DNA of 64,000 nucleotides from an uncultured bacterium (GTDB lineage: Bacteria; Edwardsbacteria; AC1; EtOH8): NCBI GenBank assembly GCA_963780225.1, contig CAWAAX010000009.1:64001-128000 (forward strand), read 5' to 3'. The notes beneath the pieces are model-generated. The model saw only the letters and a list, made by a program, of their open reading frames with translations. It was not told the DNA's origin and did no database searches. Every line of letters starts with the position of its first letter. Position 1 is the first letter of the stretch. The translations under genes and the position numbers were made by a program. Shown piece by piece: positions 8,362 through 17,192 of this stretch.

Positions 8362-8494
8362 GTAGACTGATAGGCTTTTAAGTATCATAAAATATTGCAT
8401 TTTTCATAAATTCGGTTTTGCGATATTGTCATATTTTAAGGGCTTACTAAAAGTTCTTTAAAATCGTTAGTAACATATTTACAACATTGGTATT

Positions 8495-8571
8495 GGGCGA
8501 TTAGCTCAGTTGGTTAGAGCGTCTGCTTTACACGCAGAAGGCCGGGGGTTCGAGCCCCTCATCGCCCACCA
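8495..8571 (+). tRNA. tRNA-Val(TAC)
   Basis: Acceptor GGGCGAT/ATCGCCC, D-arm AGCTCAGTTGGTTAGAGC, anticodon arm TCTGC-TTTACAC-GCAGA, GGTTCGAG, encoded CCA. Confidence 0.96.
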
Positions 8572-8860
8572 TATTTGTGCAAAACAATTGCATAATGCAA
8601 CATTTGCAGAAAACTCATAGGTTATCGTTATCAGTGATCTGGTATTTATTGGATATGAGCATCATCTTTGTTTAGGAGTATTTTAGCCAGGTTTCTTTTG
8701 AAATCAATTACTCTGTTTACTTCTCATTCGTAAATAAGAAACGATAGGATGTAATAGACTGTAAAACAAGGGGTTAATAGTATATCATCTAACGACTATT
8801 ATGCTATTCCCCTGAATTTATGGGATAATCGCTTTAACGGGTTTTTAAGACAGCATTAGT

Positions 8861-8876
8861 TGGCATTGATTATGCA
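8861..8876 (+). promoter_or_regulatory. Candidate sigma54 (-24/-12) promoter
   Basis: TGGCATTGATTATGCA = GG-N10-GC. Confidence 0.5.
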
Positions 8877-8899
8877 AGTATAATCAATAGAGATTTGAT

Positions 8900-9070
8900 A
8901 TGGAGATTATAGAAATAGGCAGAAACGACGGCTTGGTTTGGAAAAGGCTGAATCAAAAAGGTTCCCAAACCGATGCTAATTTAAAACAACTTACCGGACT
9001 TGATGACAAAAATTTATGTCTTGTCTTGGGGTGGCTGGCCAGGGAGGGGGGAATAAATTCCCGCTCTTAA
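8900..9070 (+). pseudogene. Small winged-helix protein (DUF2582-like), possibly frameshifted near the C-terminus
   Basis: MEIIEIGRNDGLVWKRL..LKQLTGL..LGWLAREG; a plausible tail (FPLLKNSIMIDLK) continues in another frame after a G run. Confidence 0.55.
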
Positions 9071-9277
9071 AAAACAGCATCATGATAGATCTAAAATAGG
9101 CCTGGAAGAAAACCCGCCATCCTGATCAATGTAAGTTTTACATTCGGCAATTAATAGGGCGGGCTTTATTGTATAAAAACTGAAAGAATCAAGAAAAAAG
9201 GAGATGGCCAAATCATAGAGGAAATTTCAACCAACCAAGAAAATTAACCAATATTAATCTTAAAAGGAGAAAAACCA

Positions 9278-9814
9278 ATGAGGAAACTTCTACTGGCAAT
9301 CGTGGCAGTGGCTTTGTTCGCGGGAATGGCCATGGCGCAGCCAAGCGCAACCGGAACCATCAACATTAACGTTCCGGTGGGTGGTCGATTTTCCATCACT
9401 TTGGCCCCGGCTTCCGGATCCACCATCACTTACCCCACGCTGTATCCCGGGGATGTGGACGCTACCACCGGTGTGGTGGGGATCACCGTGCTCAGTAACT
9501 ACAAGAATACTACCTGGGGTTTACAGGTTCACCAGAACCAATTATTGACAGACGCCGCCATTACCGAGGCCATCCCCAGCGCCAGCTTTACCCATACCAG
9601 CACCGGCGGAACCGGGGGAACTCATTTAGATGCGACAGCCACCATCTTTACAACTACTACGGCTACCACGTTCTACACCTGCGGTCCCCTTGAGCAGCAA
9701 AACCTGCCGTTGGGATCTACTATCTCCCAAGCCATGCGGTTGGCGATCCCCAACAACCAGGCATCCGGAACATACATCAACACGCTGACCTATACCTTAA
9801 CTGCTCATCCGTAA
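9278..9814 (+). CDS. Secreted Thr-rich beta-sandwich protein, putative fibre/pilin subunit
   Basis: Sec signal ending AMA, N-terminal alternating strand ATGTININVPV, C-terminal GTYINTLTYTLTA; strong AAGGAG RBS. Confidence 0.65.
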   Translation: MRKLLLAIVAVALFAGMAMAQPSATGTININVPVGGRFSITLAPASGSTITYPTLYPGDVDATTGVVGITVLSNYKNTTWGLQVHQNQLLTDAAITEAIPSASFTHTSTGGTGGTHLDATATIFTTTTATTFYTCGPLEQQNLPLGSTISQAMRLAIPNNQASGTYINTLTYTLTAHP

Positions 9815-9836
9815 TTTTCCAGGGTCTGCACCAAAC

Positions 9837-9876
9837 GGCGCGGCGGCTGCTTAACCATAGCGGCCGTTGCGCCTTT
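9837..9876 (+). terminator. GC-rich hairpin after the subunit gene (terminator or stabiliser)
   Basis: ggcgcggcggctgct-taaccat-agcggccgttgcgcc followed by ttt. Confidence 0.6.
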
Positions 9877-9974
9877 AGAGTTTTTTAGAACTTTATTTTT
9901 ACTTTTGGTAAGACAGAATTAACCTGATTTAACGGTGCTAATTTATCCCAAAAATGTAAATTCTTCCGGTTTTT

Positions 9975-11063
9975 ATGAAATACAAAGCAACACTATTTTT
10001 AGTTCTGATATTGTCAATAATATACCCGGCTCCTTTCACTGCATGGGGGCAGGGCAATATAGGCCTCAATGTCTGGCCTCCCAAGATAGAGCTCTCGGTA
10101 CTGCCGGGGGAAAGCCAGACCGGGGTCATAACAGTTCAAAACATCACCGCCTTTAAGCACAGGGTTTACGCCTATCCGCAAAATGTCAAAATGACGATTT
10201 CCGGAGATCTTGAATTCACCGAGGATTCGCTGGGTTATGGTTGTGTGGAATGGCTAAGCATCAATCCTTTGGAATTTGATCTGCCCCAGGGATCCACCCA
10301 GCAGGTCCGCTATACCATCAAAGTCCCCCTGGCGGCTGAAGGCAGCCACATCGGGGTGCTGTTCTTTCACACTAAGCCGCAATCGGCCATAAAAAGTACG
10401 GGATCGCAGATCACCGCCCGGGTGGGCACCATCATCATTGAAACCGTGCCCGGATCCGGGGAAAAGCAGGCCGAGGTGACCGGATTGGAGGTAAAGAAAC
10501 CTTTGGCCCGCGGGCCGGCGGTGGCCGAGCTGACCATAAAAAATAACGGCAGTATTTTGTTGCGACCGGAGGGAATTTTGGAGTTGAAAAACGACCGGGG
10601 ATTAACCCTGGGAAAAATAATGGTCAACGAAGTCCGGGAGGGTGTATTCCCGTATTCCCAACGGACCTACCGGTTGCCGCTGGAGAACATCGAACCGGGA
10701 CATTATTCCTTGGAAGCCACATTGGACTACGGCGGCGCCGAGATCCTAGTGGCCGAAGCCCGGGTGAACCTGATCGCCGACCAGGCCCAGTCAGATGCCT
10801 GGCCGATAATCAAATCCCCAACAACTCCCCAGTCCAAACAGGTCGCCAGGAAGGGCTCCACCGTCCAAAAGCCAAAGGCTTCTCCCCAGGAGATCCAAGC
10901 TCTTTACTCCCAGGGCACCAAGCTTTATACCGGTGGCGAATACCAGCAGGCCCTGGATATCTGGCGGAAGATCTTAAAGCTTGAACCCGGCAATGCCAAT
11001 GCTAAAAAGAACCTGGAACGGACCAGGCTAAAACTTGAGGCCCAAAAAAGGGCCAAAGGATAA
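9975..11063 (+). CDS. Periplasmic PapD/DUF916-like pilus chaperone with C-terminal TPR
   Basis: Signal peptide; V.PPKIEL..PG..ITVQN, WLSINP.EF.L..G..VRYTIKVP..G, N.G..L.P.G, PG.Y; TPR tail. Confidence 0.65.
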   Translation: MKYKATLFLVLILSIIYPAPFTAWGQGNIGLNVWPPKIELSVLPGESQTGVITVQNITAFKHRVYAYPQNVKMTISGDLEFTEDSLGYGCVEWLSINPLEFDLPQGSTQQVRYTIKVPLAAEGSHIGVLFFHTKPQSAIKSTGSQITARVGTIIIETVPGSGEKQAEVTGLEVKKPLARGPAVAELTIKNNGSILLRPEGILELKNDRGLTLGKIMVNEVREGVFPYSQRTYRLPLENIEPGHYSLEATLDYGGAEILVAEARVNLIADQAQSDAWPIIKSPTTPQSKQVARKGSTVQKPKASPQEIQALYSQGTKLYTGGEYQQALDIWRKILKLEPGNANAKKNLERTRLKLEAQKRAKG

Positions 11064-13517
11064 ATGAGGAAAAGTTCCTTTAACATAATTATTCTATCAT
11101 CCCTGCTGACGATCATAGGGGTAACAGATGGTTTGGCCGACGACCGCCTGTTGATCACCTATTCCAATACGACCCAGGAGAATTTTTACGGCAGTTACCG
11201 CTATTACGACAGCCGCCATGGAGTGGATCTCAATCTTTTTAAGACGGCGGGGAATTTTGACCTGAAGGCAGACCTGGAATTTGGTTATACTCCATTCCTG
11301 GGGAGCTATGTCCGGAGTTTCAGCACCGGCATTGCCCGGTATCCCATTAAAAGCCTTAAGCTGAATCTCGATATGGGGAATTTCGTACCGTCCCTGCCAT
11401 ATACCAGCGGACTGAATAACAGCAATGTCCGGGGGATAAACTTAGGCCTTCAGGGCAGGCTTTGGGAGCTGAAAGCCTTTGGCGGTATACAGCCCGATTT
11501 TTACGATCAGTATATTAAACCCGGTACCCGTCAGATTTACGGGATGACTTTAAGGTATGACGTTTTATCCCGGCTGACCCTTAAACCGTATTTAATTTAT
11601 TCCCAAAGCAATCTGGCCGAAGATTCGCTTTCCCGGAAAACCAACTCGGGCGGCCTGGGGCTGGAGGTCAAACCCTGGAACTGGTTGGGCTGGGATATCA
11701 CCTTAGGGATGAACGACCGGGACCAGCAGATCCAGGGCACAGTATCCAACCTTAAAAGCTTATCGCTGACCACCGGGGCCAATCTTCGCTTTAAGCCGCT
11801 GACTCTGAATCTTGGTTATGATTATTCCGATCCCTTCTACCAAACTTCCAGTCTGCTGGGGCGGCAGGGACCCCGGGCCGGGATCTGGTGGCGGCCGGCG
11901 GGTTTTGTAAGCCTTAACGGCAACATCAATCAAAGCCGCCCGGTGGGCTCGGCCTTAAGCTACCGGACCGAATCCCTGCAGCGGGGACTGAGCGCCTCGC
12001 TGAATCTGCCCCGGATGCCTCTGATCAATCTGGAATATCAGCAGGGCGATCAGGACAACAGTTATCAGAATCAAAGCAGTTATCATTACCGCACGGTTAC
12101 CCAGGGAGCGCAACTTTCTAAGCGCTATCCCAAATTCGACTGGTCGTTGCGCTACCGGATGTCCGATAATCAGGAGCTTTCTCAAAACCTGCAGAAATTG
12201 ATCACCCAGAACATTGACGGCCGGGTCACCAGATTTTGGGGCGGACAAAGCGGCTGGCTTAATCTGGAACAGACGGCTTATTTTGACCATTTCAATGGAA
12301 CCAGCTCCCGTACCGGCTGGGGCAAATTGGGGACGGAAGGAAGATTTTATTCCTGGCTTACCCTGGGGGCTGAAGGGGGAGCGGGGTTGGAAAATCAAAG
12401 TGGGGGCAAAAGGCTTTTGTGGCAGCATTCATTGCAAACCAAAATGAACCTGCCTTGGAATTTTACCGCTCAGGGCTATTGGCGTAATAATCGCAATCTC
12501 AAAAAATTAGAAGACGGCCGGGACTACGACCAAAACACTTTCAGCTTTTCCATTTCCAAACGGATAGGGCTGGAAGGAACCAGTCTTGAGGGACAGGTAT
12601 TCAACGACATCAATCGTAATGGCCAGAGGGACCAGGACGAGCCGGGCCTTTCCCAGGTAAAACTTACCTTGAACAACGGGCAGGTGACCATGACCGATTC
12701 CAAGGGTAGTTACAGTTTTGACCAGGTCCGGTCCCGCCAGGCCAAGGTGGCGGTAGACATGGCAACCCTGTCGGCCGATTATAATCTGGTGGGCCAGAAC
12801 GAAGTGGTGGTGGCCACCGGAGGCTGGCGGGGCAACGTGGTCAATTTTGCCGTTACTTCGCTGGGAGGGATCAAGGGCCGGGTGTTTGTTGATGTCAACA
12901 GCAACGGGGTCTTTGATGACGGCGATTACGGGCTCTCGGGCGTGACCCTGTTGCTGCAGCCGGCCAACTTAAGCGCCGTTTCCAACGGAGGCGGAAATTT
13001 CCGCTTTTACAACGTGCCGGTGGGCAAGAATGAAGTGATGGTGGATTCCACCTCGGTGCCGGGAGAACTGGAACTGAAGACACGGGAGGGCAAACCGGTC
13101 TCCATCAGACAGGGCGAATTTGCCAACGGGCTGGAATTCTTTCTGGTTAAAAAAGAACGTAAGGTTAAAAAGGTAGTTTTTGGGGGCGAGAGCATGGTGA
13201 CGGTGGCAGCAGCTGCGACGATTCCTCCCCAGCCCCAAGCAGTGGTCCAGGCCAAACCGGCTCCGGGCAGTTCCAGGGTGACCACTCCCCGGCCAGGTTC
13301 GATGAAGGTTCCGGCGGTGTCCGGGCCAAAACTGTCTTCGTCCCAAATTGAGGCGCTCTATAAAGAAGGCTCCAAGCTGTTCTCTTCCGGGGATTATCAG
13401 GGATCGTTAAAAGCGTGGCAGAAGATACTGGCGGCCGATCCCGGTCATGCCAACGCCAAAAGGAATCTGGAACGGACCAGGCAAAAGCTGGAGGCCCAGC
13501 GAAAAGCCAAGAGTTGA
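11064..13517 (+). CDS. Outer-membrane usher-like protein: beta-barrel, 2 SdrD-B-like domains, Pro-rich linker, TPR
   Basis: Signal peptide; about 500 aa of amphipathic beta strands; GQVFNDINRNGQRDQDEPGL and GRVFVDVNSNGVFDDGDYGL; TPR tail; abuts the chaperone gene. Confidence 0.62.
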   Translation: MRKSSFNIIILSSLLTIIGVTDGLADDRLLITYSNTTQENFYGSYRYYDSRHGVDLNLFKTAGNFDLKADLEFGYTPFLGSYVRSFSTGIARYPIKSLKLNLDMGNFVPSLPYTSGLNNSNVRGINLGLQGRLWELKAFGGIQPDFYDQYIKPGTRQIYGMTLRYDVLSRLTLKPYLIYSQSNLAEDSLSRKTNSGGLGLEVKPWNWLGWDITLGMNDRDQQIQGTVSNLKSLSLTTGANLRFKPLTLNLGYDYSDPFYQTSSLLGRQGPRAGIWWRPAGFVSLNGNINQSRPVGSALSYRTESLQRGLSASLNLPRMPLINLEYQQGDQDNSYQNQSSYHYRTVTQGAQLSKRYPKFDWSLRYRMSDNQELSQNLQKLITQNIDGRVTRFWGGQSGWLNLEQTAYFDHFNGTSSRTGWGKLGTEGRFYSWLTLGAEGGAGLENQSGGKRLLWQHSLQTKMNLPWNFTAQGYWRNNRNLKKLEDGRDYDQNTFSFSISKRIGLEGTSLEGQVFNDINRNGQRDQDEPGLSQVKLTLNNGQVTMTDSKGSYSFDQVRSRQAKVAVDMATLSADYNLVGQNEVVVATGGWRGNVVNFAVTSLGGIKGRVFVDVNSNGVFDDGDYGLSGVTLLLQPANLSAVSNGGGNFRFYNVPVGKNEVMVDSTSVPGELELKTREGKPVSIRQGEFANGLEFFLVKKERKVKKVVFGGESMVTVAAAATIPPQPQAVVQAKPAPGSSRVTTPRPGSMKVPAVSGPKLSSSQIEALYKEGSKLFSSGDYQGSLKAWQKILAADPGHANAKRNLERTRQKLEAQRKAKS

Positions 13518-13532
13518 GTTTAAAAAATGCAG

Positions 13533-13566
13533 AAAGCCCCCCCGCCTTTGGCGGGGGGGCTTTTTT
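13533..13566. terminator. Bidirectional intrinsic terminator
   Basis: aaagcccccccgcc-ttt-ggcgggggggctttttt between convergent genes. Confidence 0.85.
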
Positions 13567-13576
13567 GTCAATGAGA

Positions 13577-15331
13577 CTATGCCAGGGGGATCTTGATCCA
13601 GAAGCGGCTGCCTTTTCCCAGAACGCTTTCGGCTCCGGCGCTTCCCCCGTGAAGCTCGGCGATGTGCTTGACTATGGCCAGCCCCAGGCCGGTGCCGCCC
13701 ATTTCCCGGGAGCGGGCCCGGTCCACCCGGTAGAACCTCTCGAACAGGCGGGGCAGGTTTTCCCGGCTGATGCCGGGGCCGTTGTCTGACACCGACAGGA
13801 TCAGTGCATTGTCCCGGATCTCGGCCGCCAGATCTATCCGGCTGTTCTGGGGCGCATACTTGACGGCATTGTCCAGCAGGTTGCCCAGGGCCGATGCCAT
13901 TTTATCAAGATCCATCTGGACCGGCTGCTGGCCGGTCTGGTCATCGGTTTGAACCAGATGGCCCTTTTCGGCGATCCGGGGCTGAAGATTGTCGACGGTC
14001 CTTTCCAGCAGGGGGCCGACGGCAGAGGGGACCTGGTTGAGTGTGTAATTCCCCGACTCGATGGCCGAGAGCTCCAGCAGGTCGTTCACCAATTTGCTCA
14101 TCCGCAGGGACTGGGCGTGGATCCGGCCCAGAAAATCCTCCAGCTGTCCCCGGTCATTAAGGGCGCCGTCCAGCAGGGCCTCGGAAAAACCATTGATGGC
14201 CGAGAGCGGGGTCTTGAGTTCGTGGGAAACGTTGGCCACGAAATCCTTGCGGATCCGCTCCAGCATCTTCAGCCGGGTGATGTCCGAAGACACCAGCACC
14301 CAGCCCCGGAGGCTTCCCTGGTCCACGATGGCGGCGATCCGGACGATGTAAAATTTCTTTTCCCACTCCAGCTCGATCCATTCCCGCTGTTCCTTTACCA
14401 GCTGTTCCATGATGGGGCTGCGGATGGCTTCCAAAAGCAGCCGGCCCGCTGCCTGGCCGGGGTCCAGCCCGAACATTTCGGCGGCGGCGGGGTTGACCAT
14501 CTTTATCACCTGGCGCTGGTCCAGGGTGATCACCCCTTCGCTCATGCCCTCCAGCACTGCGGCCAGGTTGCTCCTTTGTTCGGACAGGTCATTGACCGTT
14601 CCCTCCCAGGACTGGGCCAGCTGGTTAAGGGTCTGGGCCACCAGCGCCGTCTCCCGGCTGCCCTTGGTCAGGGGCGCCCGGGCCTTCAGGTCGCCGGAGG
14701 AAAGCCGGCGGGAAGTCTGCTCAATGTCCCTGATGGCCTCGATCTCGGGGTGCCAGGCCAGGCTGACCAAAAGCCAGAGCAGGGCCGCGCTTAAGACCAG
14801 TCCGAGGATCACACCGGCCAGCAGGTGTCTCTGGTAATTTATCAAGCCCTCCCAGGGCCAGGCTATCCGGCAATAACCCCATAGAGCGTTTTTTCGCATG
14901 ATTGGGACGGCAAAATAGATCATCTCCAATTTAAGGCTCCGGCTGTACCGTACCGTATGGCCCCGGCCTTTTTGTCTGGCCTGGGCGATCTCCGGCCGCC
15001 CCAGATGGTTGTCCATGGCCTTAAGACCGGCGGCATCCTCATCCGAATCCCCCAGCACCCGTCCCAGGCTGTCGATGATGGTCACTCTTTTGCCCAGAGC
15101 TACAGACTGGACCTGGGCCAGGGAGTCGATGTCGGCCCCCGGGTCAGCCGCCAGCTTTTGGGATATTTCGGAGCTGATCAGCAGGGCCTGTCCCTGCAGC
15201 CCGTCCAGGGCCAGGCTCAGCAGGTGCTGCCGGGTGTTGAAATAAAGGTAAAGGGAAAATCCGCTCAACACCACCAGGACCGAGACCAGGCCGGCCGAGG
15301 CCAGTTTTATTTTAAGGCTGGGGTGCTTCAT
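13577..15331 (-). CDS. phoR: Phosphate regulon sensor histidine kinase (Cache-HAMP-PAS-HisKA-HATPase)
   Basis: MDNHLGRPEI, RKDFVANVSHELKTPL, NLLDNAVKY, FERFYRVDRARSREMGGTGLGL; next to the pst genes. Confidence 0.88.
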   Translation of the reverse strand: MKHPSLKIKLASAGLVSVLVVLSGFSLYLYFNTRQHLLSLALDGLQGQALLISSEISQKLAADPGADIDSLAQVQSVALGKRVTIIDSLGRVLGDSDEDAAGLKAMDNHLGRPEIAQARQKGRGHTVRYSRSLKLEMIYFAVPIMRKNALWGYCRIAWPWEGLINYQRHLLAGVILGLVLSAALLWLLVSLAWHPEIEAIRDIEQTSRRLSSGDLKARAPLTKGSRETALVAQTLNQLAQSWEGTVNDLSEQRSNLAAVLEGMSEGVITLDQRQVIKMVNPAAAEMFGLDPGQAAGRLLLEAIRSPIMEQLVKEQREWIELEWEKKFYIVRIAAIVDQGSLRGWVLVSSDITRLKMLERIRKDFVANVSHELKTPLSAINGFSEALLDGALNDRGQLEDFLGRIHAQSLRMSKLVNDLLELSAIESGNYTLNQVPSAVGPLLERTVDNLQPRIAEKGHLVQTDDQTGQQPVQMDLDKMASALGNLLDNAVKYAPQNSRIDLAAEIRDNALILSVSDNGPGISRENLPRLFERFYRVDRARSREMGGTGLGLAIVKHIAELHGGSAGAESVLGKGSRFWIKIPLA

Positions 15332-16014
15332 TCTTCCTCTTTGATCTTGTAGCCGAAGGATTTGACTGTCAGGATGGCCGCATCCAGCAGGGGGATCTTT
15401 TTCCGCAGGTGCCGGATATGGACGTCCACCGTCCGGTTGCCGCCGTAGTAGTCCTGGCCCCAGACGGCATTAAGGATCTGTTCCCGGGAAAGCACCCGGC
15501 CGGGGCGCTTAAGCAGGTATTCCAGCAGGCCGAACTCCTTGGCGGTCAGTTCCACTGCCTTCTTGCTGACGCTGACCAGGTGGCGTTCTCCGTCCAGCGT
15601 TATCTTTCCGTAATTCAAAACCGCTTTGGCTTCCTCCGGCGGCTGGTTGCGGCGGAAGACGGCTCGGATCCGGGCCATCAGTTCCTTGGGGCTGAAAGGC
15701 TTGGTCAGGTAGTCGTCGGCCCCCATCTCCAGGCCCACTATCTTGTCGGTCTCCTCGGCTTTGGCGGTCAGCATGATGATGGGCAGCCTTTTGGTGGCCG
15801 GCTCGGAACGGAGGACCCGGCAAAGCTCCAGGCCGTCCATCCCGGGCAGCATCAGGTCCAGCACCAGCAGGTCCGGGGGCTGGCGGCGGATGCGCTCCAG
15901 GGCCCGTTGGCCGTCGGAGATGGCCTCGGACCTGAAGCCGTCCTTTTTCAGATAGTGCTCCACCAGGTCGGCGATGTCCCGCTCGTCCTCCACTATATAA
16001 ATAAGTTTTGCCAT
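15328..16014 (-). CDS. phoB: OmpR-family response regulator PhoB/PhoP
   Basis: VEDE, LDLMLP, GADDYLTKPF, RTVDVHIRHLRKK; overlaps phoR. Confidence 0.85.
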   Translation of the reverse strand: MAKLIYIVEDERDIADLVEHYLKKDGFRSEAISDGQRALERIRRQPPDLLVLDLMLPGMDGLELCRVLRSEPATKRLPIIMLTAKAEETDKIVGLEMGADDYLTKPFSPKELMARIRAVFRRNQPPEEAKAVLNYGKITLDGERHLVSVSKKAVELTAKEFGLLEYLLKRPGRVLSREQILNAVWGQDYYGGNRTVDVHIRHLRKKIPLLDAAILTVKSFGYKIKEEE

Positions 16015-16087
16015 AAGTACCCCCGGTTGAAAATTGCTTTAAAAACCATTATATCACAATGATAATAAAAAACAGGGCCAATGTAAA

Positions 16088-16125
16088 GTGAAAAAGAGGT
16101 GAAGCCAATGTTAAGGCAAAGTTAA
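16088..16125 (-). promoter_or_regulatory. Pho-box-like array facing phoB
   Basis: GTGAA/GTGAA/GTTAA/GTTAA at 16088, 16099, 16110, 16121 (11-bp period; TT(C/A)AC on the minus strand). Confidence 0.6.
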
Positions 16126-16141
16126 GTTGCCGCCAAACCAT

Positions 16142-16158
16142 TTCACATTAAATTAACA
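16142..16158 (+). promoter_or_regulatory. Pho-box-like direct repeat facing the PHP/porin/pst operon
   Basis: TTCACA-N5-TTAACA. Confidence 0.6.
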
Positions 16159-16224
16159 TAAGCCACACGGGGAAGAAACGCGGCCGGGTTATATTTGGGA
16201 CGTAAACTTAAAGGAATAATAAGA

Positions 16225-16335
16225 ATGAAAAATGAAGCGTCATTTTTGGTACGGTATGGAGTTATCTTGGCAGGAGTATTTTTATATATTGCTATTGACC
16301 GGATTGCTCGTTTTAAAAGAAATTTGCGGACCTGA
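16225..16335 (+). CDS. Putative 36-aa single-pass membrane protein
   Basis: MKNEASFLVRYGVILAGVFLYIAIDRIARFKRNLRT; AAGGA RBS; downstream of the Pho-box-like repeat. Confidence 0.4.
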   Translation: MKNEASFLVRYGVILAGVFLYIAIDRIARFKRNLRT

Positions 16336-16391
16336 ACCAGTCAGGCAAAACCGGCTGCCAAGCCGAAGCCCGAAAACAGGAGGCAATTAAC

Positions 16392-17105
16392 ATGGGTAAA
16401 GCAGATCTTCACATTCACACCAACTATTCCGACGGTTCCGCCACCGTGATGCAGGTGCTGCGCCGGGCGGTGGAAATGGGGCTGGATACCATAGCCATAA
16501 CCGATCACAATGAGATCGCAGGGGCAGTAAAGGCCCGGGAACTGGCGGAGCGGTGGGGCCTGAAGATTGATGTGATATTAGGGGAAGAGATCACCACCTC
16601 GGACGGGCATGTGGTGGGACTTTTCCTCAAGGAAAGGATCCGGCCCCTGATGACCGCCCGGGCCACGGTGGACGAGATCCACCGCCAGGGCGGTTTGGCG
16701 GTGGCAGTGCACCCGTTCTCGCTCTGGCTCAAGCTTTTCAAATGCGGCGGGGTGGGGCGGCTGGCGGAGCGCCTTCAGTTCGACGCCATAGAGGTGGCCA
16801 ACGGAGCCTTAACCGAAACCTTCAGCAACCGGTACACCAAAACTTACAACAATAAGTTGGCAAAGCTGGCAGGAGTTGGCGGTTCAGATGCCCATACCAT
16901 AGAGGCTTTGGGGCAGGCTTATACGGTGTTTCCCGGCCGGGGGGCCGCCTGGCTGAGGGAAGCGATAACCCATAAAGCCACCAGAGATGTAATAACCGGC
17001 TCCCAGTTTAAAGCCCTGCTGGATTTCATAAGTGACCACTTAAAAGGCAAGCTAGCCCTGTATGGCGCCCAGGGCGGAGCCTTGGGGCAAACGGAACCTG
17101 TTTAA
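16392..17105 (+). CDS. PHP-domain phosphoesterase
   Basis: DLHIHT..SDG, AITDHN, GEEI, HP, GGSDAH. Confidence 0.9.
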   Translation: MGKADLHIHTNYSDGSATVMQVLRRAVEMGLDTIAITDHNEIAGAVKARELAERWGLKIDVILGEEITTSDGHVVGLFLKERIRPLMTARATVDEIHRQGGLAVAVHPFSLWLKLFKCGGVGRLAERLQFDAIEVANGALTETFSNRYTKTYNNKLAKLAGVGGSDAHTIEALGQAYTVFPGRGAAWLREAITHKATRDVITGSQFKALLDFISDHLKGKLALYGAQGGALGQTEPV

Positions 17106-17192
17106 GGTATATTTAACTTGCGGATAAAACAAAGGAAATAACATAAGCGTATAATTGTTCAGTAAAACAAACAACAAAAGAAAGGAACGTTA

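Noticed and set aside
8495..13566. Fibre operon as a tRNA-integrated island
   Set aside because: No integrase and no duplicated tRNA 3' end seen downstream
13949..14794. Long antisense and alternate-frame ORFs here and throughout (e.g. 18514-19455, 37622-38566, 52585-53490)
   Set aside because: Shadow frames of GC-rich genes with no motifs or RBS
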